This document shows, in pieces, positions 48,501 through 58,003 of a stretch of DNA of 64,000 bases. The notes below the pieces were generated by a model. It saw nothing but the letters and a program-made list of their open reading frames with translations, had not been told where the DNA came from and did no database searches. Origin of the DNA: an uncultured Planctomycetales bacterium. GTDB lineage: Bacteria; Omnitrophota; Gorgyraeia; Gygaellales; Profunditerraquicolaceae. Numbering within the stretch: position 1 is the stretch's first letter; each line of letters opens with the position of its first letter. The stretch lies in NCBI GenBank assembly GCA_964545575.1, contig CAZJFL010000007.1:31848-95847 (forward strand), in the 5' to 3' direction. Position numbers and translations under genes: made by a program.

Positions 48501-51500
48501 CTTATGCAACCCAGCGATCAATTCTTCAAATTGGCCTTGGTATTGCTTAAACAATCCGGTGATCGCCCTCATCTCTTCTTGCCATTTCTGCGCCTGTTGA
48601 GTATCTGATCTTATCCCTAATTTACATTTCTCGACAACATCACTACGAAGACTAGACACCCTACTACAGAGCTTCTTCACAATTTCTTTAAAACCTATGA
48701 GATTATTAACAATTACTTTGCTCTCTCCCTTTGTATCTATAGCTCCAACATCATCGGCTAACATCTGTAAATATCCGGGCAAAGCGGCCACATTTGCAAC
48801 AACATTTAATACAGGTCCGTGGTACATACTGCGTATAATAAGGGCGATGCGCTCAAATTCATCTTCTTGGCTACGACTGAGCAAAGAGGAGGTGGCGGAC
48901 CCTTCGACTGCGCTCGGGGTAAACGGCTCCGGCGCAGCGGGCGCGGCGGTGGGCGTAACATCTATAGGCTCATTAAAAATACCAAGCCTACGGATGGCGC
49001 GTTCTATCCTCGCTAGTAAATTACCTGTACCAGCCGCCAGAGGATTAAATCCTTTGATAGCGCCCGAACGCGTATCTAGTGCAAAATCGCCCTCTAAAAC
49101 AGTTTCCTCTATTATCTCGTCGCCTGATCGAAGCATCTGCTCCTTGAGTTTGTCTTTGAGTTCCGGGTCCAAATTACGCGTATAACCGAAAACAAGTTGA
49201 AGATTACCACCTCCTGCCAATCTCCTTAATTTAAACAGCATCAATTTTATAAAGTTTTCTTCTGCCGCTGGGCTGTCTATGTGCGCAATCGCGCCAACGC
49301 GCTGCTGCCTGTCATATAATAATAGGCCTCTGCAGGCCTGAGGTTTTCCGGTGGCAAATGTCGCCACTACCGGATAAGGGCTGTTTGCGGAAGTCACGGC
49401 ATATTCGCCTTGAACCACGACAATATGTTTTGCTCCGTTTATCTCTATGGGTTCGGCTTTCAGGGCGGCCTTATCCGTTAAAATTCCGCCCCGGCCGGTA
49501 ATCTGGATAATTTGAGGAGCGAGGAAATCTTCAACGTCTGGAGAAAAATATACTGCGAACCCCCGGCCGCGCAATATATTAAGTAAGTGGATGAACATCT
49601 GATCATCAAGGCCGCGGCAATGTATAGACCCGTCCTTGCCTAACTGCACAAGCTCTCTGCCATCAATATTCTTAAAGATTATGCCCGAATCCCCTTGCGC
49701 AGGTTCTGCTTTTGCGATTACTTTCAGGGATAAGATTGTTTCTTCTAAATCCCGTATATCTGCGGCGGCCAACGGCAACCTTGTGCCGACAGGTAGCCTC
49801 TCCCCGGCTGTGCTCGGCGCGGGCTTGGCGGCGGACGCGTCAGCGCTCGTTTCAGCGGGCGGCGCGGATTGGCTCGGGGGAAGTTGCTCTTCTATCTTAA
49901 GCGCCTCTTCAACCGTAATGATCTTCACTGCTTTACCGCCGCGCACCACATAACGATGCTTGGCAAAATCAGCGCTTCCGGCTAAGATAATCGTGCCTTC
50001 CTTGCAACTATCCAGTATGTCCTTCCAGGCCTTTTCCCGTCCGCCTCCATAGCCAGGAGAAAAATGCATATCCACGTTGGTAAAGACGATGATATCCGGC
50101 CGCTGCCCAAAGGGCAGGGGGCTTTCTAAGATATCGTGCTGCCGGAATTCTTCGGGAGATAAAACTAAATCCTTTGAACTAAAAATATCGGTGCCCGCAT
50201 AGCGAAACGGCAGAGCGCGCTTCCTAAGCAAGTCAAGGTACAGTTGCGCGCTGCGTCCTCCGGCAGAACCTATTTCAACGATAAAAGGCGCGCCTTCTCC
50301 AAACTTGCCGGCACGAACCCCTGCTTCGACTAGGGCGACTACAAAATCAGCTACCTCCCTCTGGTAAATATCTACGACTTTCCCGATATTCTGCCGGCTC
50401 TCGGCTAAAGTGCGTTCTATGTCGGAAGTGAATACGGGGAAAAGCTCTAACAACATATTTCTTAGGTTTGGTTCGGCAAAAATTCTGGCAATCTGTTCTT
50501 GCTGTTCCTGAAGGGGCGCCTGGCTTAAATCCTTGCCGATAATCTGCTTTAGCAATAGACCCAGGCGCGGCAAATCGCGTAAGCCCCGTTGATCGCGCTT
50601 TCCGGCTAACTCCAAAATTGTTCCGTAGATACTTGACTCTTTAGCCTGCCTTAAAAATACAGCCCATAAGGAATCTTGTTTCACCGGAAGGCGCCGTAGA
50701 GTTTCTTGGCAGGAGAATTCGCTGCCTAATAATCCGCCATCGATAGACACAACAGCCCGCCCATCCAAATATATAGAATTAAAGCGGATTTCCTCCTGGG
50801 GCAGGCGGGGATCTACTTTTAGCGGGCTATTCTGGTTAATAAATTCCCGCAACTTTATAGTTAGCTTGCCGGTTAAATTTTCTGTTCCGGACTGCCGCAA
50901 CCATTGCTCCGGGGTTAAATTATCGTAATTATCCACAAAGAGCGCCTTCTGGATTAACCGGGCGACCTGATGCCCCAAGGGATCCCCTAATATTGCGGTA
51001 AGGCGATAGCAAAGAGGTTCGTGTAAAAGATATTCTGTTCTTAATTCGACAGGCAATGACTCTAAAAGCTCCCGGCTATAAGCTAAGTAAGTTTCCCCGG
51101 CCAGGCCAAGAGCATAATGATCAGGGCTTCTGACGATAGCGGAAAACTGCTTAAGGGATTTAGCCCCCTTTACTAAGTCATCGCGCGCCTGTACAATCGC
51201 CTTAAATATTGTTTCCTTTGATATAACCTGAGTGGCGCTTAAATTATCTAAAATAGCCTGCAAAATTACATTTTCTTTCAAGGCGCGTATGTCGGGGATA
51301 GCGGCGTTGATCCGGGAAAAATCTTGACTCAATAAAGCACTGTCTAAGCCCGCCAGCCGGCTCTCTACTTCACTTGGAGCGACGCCTCTGATGATCGCCC
51401 CGTGGCCTTCCTGGTCAATTCCGGCATCGGCAGGTGCGGCGGCGGCGGGCGGCGCGGGCTTGGCAGCGGACTGCCGAGCACCTTTTGTCTGCCGTATGCT

Positions 51501-54500
51501 GGCAATAGCCAAAAATGTAGCTCCTGACAACATTAAAACAGGAATACCGTAGGTAAGGCCTATTACCAACAATATGCCCCCAAAGGCAGCGCGAGCAAAA
51601 ATAGGAGGAACCCGTATCTTTGGCCTGTCGAATTCTCCTCCTTCTCCCCGCTTAGTCATCTGATTAACAGATCTTAATTCTTTTGCCGCAAGAGAATTAT
51701 CCTGTAATAGTATTCTCATCTTACCGATAAACCCGGCTATTCGATCCTTCAAATACTTCTCTACCCTTGTCGTTAATATAGACGTCTGGATCAGCGGCTT
51801 ATTTAACCCTATGGCATACCGATGTTTCAAGGCCATGACCAGATCTGCAAATTTCTTGCCTTCCTGCAACTTCTTAATCATAACAAAAACAGAATTCAGG
51901 AAATCCCGCTGGGTAGGAATAGCTTCTTTCAGCCCACGCAGCGCCAGATGATCGAAAAACTTGCGGAACTCTTCTATGATTGCGAATGCAGCTTGGTGTT
52001 CGCTATCAGTAAGCCTATTTTGTTGATGCAAGGATTTGCGCAGCTTGTCATATTCCTTCCGACGCCAGGCGATAGTATCAGACCAACCCATCTCTTCCAG
52101 AAATAAAAGAGCTATTTCCTCGGCAACGAATTCCTTTAGCGCCCGTATTTGTGTATCTACTACTTTTTCTGACGTTAACTCCTCACCTGCATAAGCGGAT
52201 AAGATGTTGTGTCCGATTTCATGGGCTATAAAACTAAAACAATTGTCTGCGGTACCAATACGGACTATAGTAGGATAACTAATAGAATAGGCGGCATTCA
52301 TCGCGTAGTTCTGTTCTTCAGCTTTTAACAACGTATTGCCCATGATGTTACGCGCCCACTCTGCAAAGTCTTTTTTGCTTATTGCAGCCCTGGTCCGCTG
52401 CAAGCTTTCTTGCAGCACAAGCAATACCGCCAATATATAAACCTTAGCCATCTCATTAGACAGGCTGTCGCTACCCGGCAAGATTGTTTTGACTGTTACA
52501 TTACGCTTCTCTTTTAACAAAGTTTTTGCCAGACGCAGCGCTAATGCCTGATCATCTTGGCTTATGTTTTCCTGCGCTAACAAGCCAAAGGCGTAAAGAC
52601 GTAATTCTGTAGGGATCACTTCTCCCGCTAACGTTTCTTGATTAAAGAGCTGGCGCAGGGTTTCTTCATAAGAGCCTGATTTTAATGCCCCGATGTCTAG
52701 TTTACGGCTATATTTCTGATTTATCCGCTGTATCAGGCCGCCTAACATCTCCCGCAGATAATCTACATTCTTGCTTTCTATGCATAACGCATTGTAAGTA
52801 TTAAAAGCCCCGTTCCTTGCCGCCTCGCCGGACTCACTACCCAATGTCCCTGTTATCTGGCTGTGTACCTCCTTTACGCAAGACTGATCCGACAATGATA
52901 ATAATGCCTTGAGCGCATTAAATTTACCTTTAGAGTTTCCCGACGCCACTTCTTTTAGAATGCGCTGCGCTGTTTTATCGCCTTGCCCTGCACGCCATAT
53001 AGTCTCGTAGGTTACCGGCCAGGCCTCATTTTCAACCCCTATTACGGTTCTCTGATAATCGCTAAGCTCTGCCCAGGCCTCAAGCTCTTCCAGAAGTTCT
53101 CTGACTGCGTTAACGTTAGCGATATCTTTCCTTAAACGCCCATCGCCGTTGCTTAAAAATCTTTTGGCTAGAGAAGCTACTTGCGGATGTATCTCGTATG
53201 CCCTATTTATCAGCACTTCTAATTCTTCCTGGCTCGGCTCCCGGTCAACAAAAATACCGTTATACAGCTGCCTGCCAAGCCGCATACTATCCGGGGAAGC
53301 CGCTAGGCTAGCCTGCGGACTACGTCCTATCAAAAGCTCCCGTAACTCCTTAAGCGCCGCCGCCGATGGCAATTCGTCTAGGTATATGGTAAAAGGATAC
53401 GCTTTATTTTTGCCGTCCCAATTATCAAATGATTGCGCTTGAGTGTAGTGGACATTACTAAGATTATGTTTTTGGGCCCAACTTTCTATTTTATCTATGA
53501 CCTCTGCTTCGTTTTGGACGCCATAAAAATATACCCTGTACTTGGAAGGCGCATTGAGCAAACTGCTGATATCGTTGGACACATGTGCGCTCTGTATTTC
53601 AGCAAAGATAAATCCTCCCAGACTAATACATGCGGCTAAGGCAGGCGCGAAAATCAAAAGCGTGCTTGGCATTAATCCCAGAGTAGTAAGCGCCAAAGCT
53701 ACCCAACCAACGAAGCTTAATCCGCTTGCTACTCCTAACCCGGCTGTGATATATTTAAACGCCTTAGCTACTCTATTTAATCTTTGCTCTTTACCTCGCA
53801 GTAAATCAATATTTTTTGATTTACCGCGGTCGATCAGTGGCTCGCGATATTTCACATAAAGCGTGGTCAGCCAAGGCTGTAATATTACGTGCAGAGATGG
53901 GCCTGCCCGTTGACGCTGCATGGCGCGGATAACCCGGGCGAACTCTATAGCGGATTGCCTACTTTCTGCTTTTAATTTTGTAAGCTTATCCTTCTGGTAC
54001 TTAAGATCGCCTGGAATCGATAGCATATACACTCCTATAATGACTACTACGGCGATAATTCCCTGAATTATTTGTGCTTCCGCGCTGCCGTAAGGATTTG
54101 CCATTTGCTTCAAGAGCAACGAGTCTGACGGCGAAGCTAATACTCTTGTGAAAGAGTCCAGCACTACTGCCGCGGCGATGCCCTGCAGCAGGCGCGTGAA
54201 AAATCCGGTCCTTGGCTGTGGAGTTACTTCGGTTGCGGGCGCCTCTTCGTTTTCGGCGGGACGCGGCGCTACTTTCTCTTCGGCGGCTGACGGTTCTACC
54301 TGAGGAAGTTCCAAAAGAGGCACCCCAAATACCTGTTGGCATGCCCTATCGCCAACTACGAATTCTCTGCCCTGCGGGCCTGCCTTATCTCTTATCTTAA
54401 CCAGTACAGCAAAAAGCTGGCTACGCGCCTGCTCTTTCTGCGCGTCAGACGCAGCGGTTACTGCGACCCAAACATCCAATAAATACCCCAACAAGGATGA

Positions 54501-57500
54501 GTCAGTATAATCATCAATGGTTTCATCCCGAATATAATCCCGGATACGCGCCATCGTCACTCTTCCGCCCTTACGGAGGAGGTCGTATTCTTTAAGGGTA
54601 ATGCCATATAAGCTAATAAAGTAAGATTCTGCGCCCCGAAATTCCCCTATGACCGCATAACTTTTTTCCAAGCCGGCTATTTTTTTATCTCCCTGCTCAG
54701 CCTTCTCGGTAATCCTGGCAAATATTTTGGCCAACTGATCAAGGTCCACCTCAGCAACTGTCCCAAGCTTTGTCGTAAACTTCTTCTCATAAATTTGATA
54801 AATACGTAGGAGTTCTTGCTGTACAACCGAGTTACTTTCCTTCTTTATCCTGGCTAGTAAATCTTGCCTATTCAAGACAAACTGGCGGAAGAACTCTGCC
54901 CGGAACTGGCTTGCAGAATAATCTATCTTGGTATATCCTCTTATGGCGCGCACTGCTCCCGGAAATAAAATTTCGTTGTCTCTTTCCAAAAACATACTAA
55001 AGCCGTTTTCCTCAGCCTTGAAGTAAGCGTCTTCGGTATCCTTCTTTTCCTGCGCAGTCAGCGTTTCTTCAAAGGCATGCCCTATTTCATGCAGGAAAAT
55101 CCGCGCCAAGCCGTATAAATCCCAATACCCTACTGCGCCAGGGCCGATGGAAACTTTTTTCTCCCCTATATCATAGTATCCGATATCATCTTTAAATAGA
55201 TAGCCTAAGGATTCGCCCAGCGCAAAAGACCGCACTGCTTTCTGCAATACATCCTCTGGCACATAAGAAATAAGAAAAGCGAATAATTCGCTGAAATGCG
55301 CTAGGATGTATCCACTAGATCTGGGCGTCTCCAGGTCTATACCGTAACGCGTCTTTAATAACTTCCGTAAAGCAATGTTTGCATCTTTCTTATTTTTCTG
55401 CTGAAGAACTCTCCATTGTTCATAAAAGCCGCTTGGTGTCTGCATCTCTGTTTTCTTAGTGGCGGGCGGCGGCGTTTTTTCTGGCTTGGCGGCGGGCGGC
55501 TGGGTACGAACCTCCCCCCCAAGAAGGATATAATCAATGTTTCCTAAAAGCGCTTCGCCACGCTTAATCTTCCAGAGCACATAATTCAACCCCGGTAAAT
55601 ACGCATCCTTGGACCTGATGATTTCGCCTTTCTCATCAGTTAATATCACAGTCATGAAATTGATACCGTTAATTCGGCTTGCGGTGGCCACGCCTATCGG
55701 AATCGGATTAAATGCTATTGTGTAATATGGCTGGCTGCCGTTGATTACGAACGTTTCTGCGACGTCGACTTTATAAGAATAACGCTTGATGATTTCAATA
55801 ATATCACCGATCAGGAATCGTTTGGCCAGGGCGGAGGGTAACCAATCATAACGATAGGCGCGCACATAGGGGACAAAACCATATTTCTGGGCAATCTTAA
55901 TCATAGGAACACTTACTGCGTGACCGCCTGCTGCTCCACTTGCTTGTTCTATGAAAATATCTTTGGCGCCCAAGGACCTTAATTCCGCGATCGCCTTTCC
56001 TACCACCATTTCTCCAATGCCTAAACCTTGTTTTATTTCGCCCATGTAGTACTTGGTACTGCCCGCAGCCGGATCATTAATAATAACATCCGTAATAATG
56101 CCACGCCGCTCCTTAGGATCGTAATGCGCTTGCACGAAGGCTTGATTTAACCCGTATAGCAAGTCGGTTCCGTGCCTCTCTGTAACCTTTCCTATAACCT
56201 CAGGCGTGTCCTCCAGCTTAATAGATAAATATTGCCGGCCTATCAAGTGATGAAAGATGCCGCCTACAAAACCAGATACGGAGATAGTCAACTTCGCTTC
56301 TTTCCCGTTTGGCAAAGTTATCGTAGATCCGGATTTTGTTGTCTGAAGGGTAGGTTTAGGTATTCGAATGAACCGATCTTTAAAAATAATCTTACATTTA
56401 TCCACTGCGATCTTGGCGCCGGCGGCAATATCTCTAAAGATCCGGCCGATAGCAGCCCAATTAAAGCTGGTGCTACTACGCTGGCCGGTAGGCAGCGCGG
56501 GCTGGATTTTTTCTGCTTGGGTTACTGTTGGCGTTGAATAAGTTGGGGTGGGAGTCGTGGTTGGCTCGGAAAATTTTTGTATATCTGTTACCGTTGTGAC
56601 TATTCGGCCATTCTCATATACGGCAATAGCAGGCACGGTAAAACCAGGCGTAGGAGTATGATTTACTACATCAAAATTTACCGAACCAGTGATTGCTCCT
56701 GGTGTCCAGTATGTCTCTAGGCCAAGGTCCGCTCCTCCCGAAAAATAGCTCCTGATGGTCTGACCATAGGGAGTATAGGCTGGCTCTTTGAGATTGTACT
56801 CGCCGTCTTTGAATGATTTCTGATAGGCTTGGAAGTAGGTAGTCTTAGACCAAGACTGCTTAGAAGTGATGCCAGTAAGGTCTTTCTTGTTAATACGCCA
56901 GCTATAAAGCCCTCCCTTACCATAGAACCTTTGCTTGAACCACTGGGCGATGATTAGAGAATAGTAAACTTGGCGCAGGGGAGCATATCTCTTGGCGGAG
57001 TTGATTTCTTTGGTCAGTTTAGGGATAATCAGCTCACGGATAAGCTGGGAGGAATATTCGTTCAGAGCCTTCAGGCGCGGGTCTTTGAAGCTGTAAAGAG
57101 CGGAGTTTTTCAGGTAATCCTGCTCCAGCATCACCTTAAGGCTGGCTTTGTAGATATAGGCTGAGGTGCCGGTTTCGCGGATGATGATCTCGCCCGGCAC
57201 AATCCAGGGCCGGGTTAAGGTGGGGATAGTGATGTTTTCGTTCCCGAAAAGCTCTTCTGCCTTCTGATAGAGCTTATCCCAGTAAGTTTTGCCTTCCAGC
57301 GTTTCCGGAGAAGTAAACTTAGCAGTGTCTTTTTTCAGCTGCAGGTCAGCTTCCAACAGGATTTTACCTACATCCGTCTTAGCTAAAGATTCATCAATAA
57401 TATTATCTTCGCCGTCCGGCCGCAGGTTAACCCAGAAAGAATCGTTGGAAAGAGCGATACCTACGAAGACGTAATTCAATAAATCTTTGGTGGAACTCTC

Positions 57501-57752
57501 GAGTTCTTGAGTGCGCGGGTTGTTGAGGTCGCCTTTGTCTAAAAGTAATTTAAAATTATTCTTGAGGTTGTCGTAGGAAAGATAACGCAGGTGCAGGGGC
57601 CTGAACTTTTCCGAGAAGATATTCTGATGCAGGCTGGCAAGATGGCCGGCAAGATTTAGCTCCACTGCAGCTGCTTGAGCAAAACCAGATTGCTCAAAGC
57701 AAAGCAGGAAGCAGAGAACAAACGCGATTATTTTGCTTACCTTCCGTGGCAT
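45540..57752 (-). CDS. Giant (4070 aa) multidomain secreted/membrane protein: signal peptide, GNAT-like region, two HEIGH zincin-like motifs, three TM clusters, two class-I-SAM-methyltransferase-like regions, histidine-kinase-type ATPase domain, Pro/Ala-rich linkers
   Basis: A single uninterrupted 12.2-kb ORF. The N-terminal signal-peptide-like hydrophobic segment (IIAFVLCFLLCFEQSGFAQAAAV) is followed by a GNAT-like motif QGLGIGEMVVGKAIAELRSLG (around aa 575). HEIGH motifs lie at about aa 888 and 1844. TM clusters lie at about aa 1190-1245, 1335-1385 and 2055-2090. MTase motif I VEIGSAGGRS is at about aa 2490, and ILAWGAGN...IIAFGD...GGFIV at about aa 3735-3855. The HATPase_c N/G1/G2 boxes (NIIDNARRHT, DKGPGIP, GGGVGLAE) lie at about aa 3168-3245. 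Confidence 0.7.
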   Translation of the reverse strand: MPRKVSKIIAFVLCFLLCFEQSGFAQAAAVELNLAGHLASLHQNIFSEKFRPLHLRYLSYDNLKNNFKLLLDKGDLNNPRTQELESSTKDLLNYVFVGIALSNDSFWVNLRPDGEDNIIDESLAKTDVGKILLEADLQLKKDTAKFTSPETLEGKTYWDKLYQKAEELFGNENITIPTLTRPWIVPGEIIIRETGTSAYIYKASLKVMLEQDYLKNSALYSFKDPRLKALNEYSSQLIRELIIPKLTKEINSAKRYAPLRQVYYSLIIAQWFKQRFYGKGGLYSWRINKKDLTGITSKQSWSKTTYFQAYQKSFKDGEYNLKEPAYTPYGQTIRSYFSGGADLGLETYWTPGAITGSVNFDVVNHTPTPGFTVPAIAVYENGRIVTTVTDIQKFSEPTTTPTPTYSTPTVTQAEKIQPALPTGQRSSTSFNWAAIGRIFRDIAAGAKIAVDKCKIIFKDRFIRIPKPTLQTTKSGSTITLPNGKEAKLTISVSGFVGGIFHHLIGRQYLSIKLEDTPEVIGKVTERHGTDLLYGLNQAFVQAHYDPKERRGIITDVIINDPAAGSTKYYMGEIKQGLGIGEMVVGKAIAELRSLGAKDIFIEQASGAAGGHAVSVPMIKIAQKYGFVPYVRAYRYDWLPSALAKRFLIGDIIEIIKRYSYKVDVAETFVINGSQPYYTIAFNPIPIGVATASRINGINFMTVILTDEKGEIIRSKDAYLPGLNYVLWKIKRGEALLGNIDYILLGGEVRTQPPAAKPEKTPPPATKKTEMQTPSGFYEQWRVLQQKNKKDANIALRKLLKTRYGIDLETPRSSGYILAHFSELFAFLISYVPEDVLQKAVRSFALGESLGYLFKDDIGYYDIGEKKVSIGPGAVGYWDLYGLARIFLHEIGHAFEETLTAQEKKDTEDAYFKAEENGFSMFLERDNEILFPGAVRAIRGYTKIDYSASQFRAEFFRQFVLNRQDLLARIKKESNSVVQQELLRIYQIYEKKFTTKLGTVAEVDLDQLAKIFARITEKAEQGDKKIAGLEKSYAVIGEFRGAESYFISLYGITLKEYDLLRKGGRVTMARIRDYIRDETIDDYTDSSLLGYLLDVWVAVTAASDAQKEQARSQLFAVLVKIRDKAGPQGREFVVGDRACQQVFGVPLLELPQVEPSAAEEKVAPRPAENEEAPATEVTPQPRTGFFTRLLQGIAAAVVLDSFTRVLASPSDSLLLKQMANPYGSAEAQIIQGIIAVVVIIGVYMLSIPGDLKYQKDKLTKLKAESRQSAIEFARVIRAMQRQRAGPSLHVILQPWLTTLYVKYREPLIDRGKSKNIDLLRGKEQRLNRVAKAFKYITAGLGVASGLSFVGWVALALTTLGLMPSTLLIFAPALAACISLGGFIFAEIQSAHVSNDISSLLNAPSKYRVYFYGVQNEAEVIDKIESWAQKHNLSNVHYTQAQSFDNWDGKNKAYPFTIYLDELPSAAALKELRELLIGRSPQASLAASPDSMRLGRQLYNGIFVDREPSQEELEVLINRAYEIHPQVASLAKRFLSNGDGRLRKDIANVNAVRELLEELEAWAELSDYQRTVIGVENEAWPVTYETIWRAGQGDKTAQRILKEVASGNSKGKFNALKALLSLSDQSCVKEVHSQITGTLGSESGEAARNGAFNTYNALCIESKNVDYLREMLGGLIQRINQKYSRKLDIGALKSGSYEETLRQLFNQETLAGEVIPTELRLYAFGLLAQENISQDDQALALRLAKTLLKEKRNVTVKTILPGSDSLSNEMAKVYILAVLLVLQESLQRTRAAISKKDFAEWARNIMGNTLLKAEEQNYAMNAAYSISYPTIVRIGTADNCFSFIAHEIGHNILSAYAGEELTSEKVVDTQIRALKEFVAEEIALLFLEEMGWSDTIAWRRKEYDKLRKSLHQQNRLTDSEHQAAFAIIEEFRKFFDHLALRGLKEAIPTQRDFLNSVFVMIKKLQEGKKFADLVMALKHRYAIGLNKPLIQTSILTTRVEKYLKDRIAGFIGKMRILLQDNSLAAKELRSVNQMTKRGEGGEFDRPKIRVPPIFARAAFGGILLVIGLTYGIPVLMLSGATFLAIASIRQTKGARQSAAKPAPPAAAAPADAGIDQEGHGAIIRGVAPSEVESRLAGLDSALLSQDFSRINAAIPDIRALKENVILQAILDNLSATQVISKETIFKAIVQARDDLVKGAKSLKQFSAIVRSPDHYALGLAGETYLAYSRELLESLPVELRTEYLLHEPLCYRLTAILGDPLGHQVARLIQKALFVDNYDNLTPEQWLRQSGTENLTGKLTIKLREFINQNSPLKVDPRLPQEEIRFNSIYLDGRAVVSIDGGLLGSEFSCQETLRRLPVKQDSLWAVFLRQAKESSIYGTILELAGKRDQRGLRDLPRLGLLLKQIIGKDLSQAPLQEQQEQIARIFAEPNLRNMLLELFPVFTSDIERTLAESRQNIGKVVDIYQREVADFVVALVEAGVRAGKFGEGAPFIVEIGSAGGRSAQLYLDLLRKRALPFRYAGTDIFSSKDLVLSPEEFRQHDILESPLPFGQRPDIIVFTNVDMHFSPGYGGGREKAWKDILDSCKEGTIILAGSADFAKHRYVVRGGKAVKIITVEEALKIEEQLPPSQSAPPAETSADASAAKPAPSTAGERLPVGTRLPLAAADIRDLEETILSLKVIAKAEPAQGDSGIIFKNIDGRELVQLGKDGSIHCRGLDDQMFIHLLNILRGRGFAVYFSPDVEDFLAPQIIQITGRGGILTDKAALKAEPIEINGAKHIVVVQGEYAVTSANSPYPVVATFATGKPQACRGLLLYDRQQRVGAIAHIDSPAAEENFIKLMLFKLRRLAGGGNLQLVFGYTRNLDPELKDKLKEQMLRSGDEIIEETVLEGDFALDTRSGAIKGFNPLAAGTGNLLARIERAIRRLGIFNEPIDVTPTAAPAAPEPFTPSAVEGSATSSLLSRSQEDEFERIALIIRSMYHGPVLNVVANVAALPGYLQMLADDVGAIDTKGESKVIVNNLIGFKEIVKKLCSRVSSLRSDVVEKCKLGIRSDTQQAQKWQEEMRAITGLFKQYQGQFEELIAGLHKNLSDDPHVDEDKDGIRKEFNGLLTILQDRIMFFEGNIGKAKLFDLGDLIDSVVAPHVEEVSFVKSSPLPIMGNNLRLRVILTNIIDNARRHTKERQGPVDIKEREKPIVIRTQITGDAARRRVIISINDKGPGIPEAMQKQDIFSLWVSSTGGGVGLAEARMVVKDYGGDIWYKSEIGKGTTFFIELPLGIVPPAPAQPASPSAKEKESAAAPTAERIQKYLFRPSLRPHPYEVASFTRDDILAAATRVAGNKEEAKVNIATIENSLTFQEVRHLLEGGYLEQIIKEVQKYLSTHSRILIAGRDAEMIYDALQAVLKGSPEAERIVLFNVSMPLLLKLRGRLISPAGRKDYAFQQEIKNLFAGFGITEEAVNKGERFIVIDTAFDGSTRDLATEIIGRVYSRPSIFRQIDIKLVYTANESRRLMDFPVGTSAALRQAFPKTAPLVERSEKAMTTNSVLAVAMQLMPRYYGPISELSHAADGRISAVSASLTETRDDIDQARGINDSVVNPLAALLIQKEVVDYFLGRRERALRANINVPTTGYSGVPQPSTAAPAAEDNNEQIVFSEQLTPDQKRKLKESPTGGRIFLNEDGSMGMHTDHYWIVSDSSFDTVDSDLAVIFKERFRFLNRSLFEQIVAKAKAKSSKDETLYILAWGAGNLKEVKDLSRKLKESRSNNVQIIAFGDTYFPETEQGGIPDNVTFIVDVAENLPKAIERRFPGAKIDIIYSYEAIQFLLRPEVSQSNQPGLSYSRFLNHLADLARLLSDGGFIVCNGDRIDDMLDKFNLVAAIEQIYGRVTLKRNVPGRKCAYLLLEQPNATGDLNRPAGGSDNSRGPAGQPIPASAKADGGTGGIDFRALPIITQPAPRHIGLAGVPPSAGMPGAIPALRPIPGMMPVASNDKEWQQIENMLNAGITPSVQRIKEYLAAYCEKSDFNQQIDKVLSCIADILRLEEESCCATDSALRELLVLLESGKPAQEIKVALQKGV
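45867..45911. repeat. Two-hairpin repeat element, copy 3, embedded in-frame in the giant gene (encodes PRHIGLAGVPPSAG)
   Basis: tCCCGCAGAAGGCGGGACACC-CGCCA-ATCCGATA-TGGCGG-GGTGC. There are 20/20 identities with copy 1 in hairpin 1. Hairpin 2 keeps the ATCCGATA loop with a compensatory change of the stem (CCAAACC/GGTTTGG to CGCCA/TGGCG). Confidence 0.5.
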
Positions 57753-57820
57753 TTTTTATAGGTGGTTTTTTGGTTTATCAGCCTTTATGTAGTAAATATA
57801 TACTATATAGGGGGGTGGTT

Positions 57821-57990
57821 CAAGGGTATTTGGGGGTGTTTGGGAAAGCGCTTCCTATAGGGACACTTCTTGTCCCAAAGCAGGGACGTTTCTTTAGTTA
57901 AAGCAAGGAGTGCCCCCGAATTTAGCGCTAGGGGACACTTTCCCGATTGGCTCGGGACCTGTCCCTAAGTTAGAATGGACATTTTAGACT
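57821..57990. promoter_or_regulatory. Array of GGGAC/GTCCC palindromes and hairpins upstream of the giant gene
   Basis: gggaca-cttct-tgtccc, gggac-ct-gtccc, agtgccccc...ggggacact and cagggacg: at least six GGGAC/GTCCC units within 170 nt. Confidence 0.3.
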
Positions 57991-58003
57991 GGACGTTTTA
58001 AGA

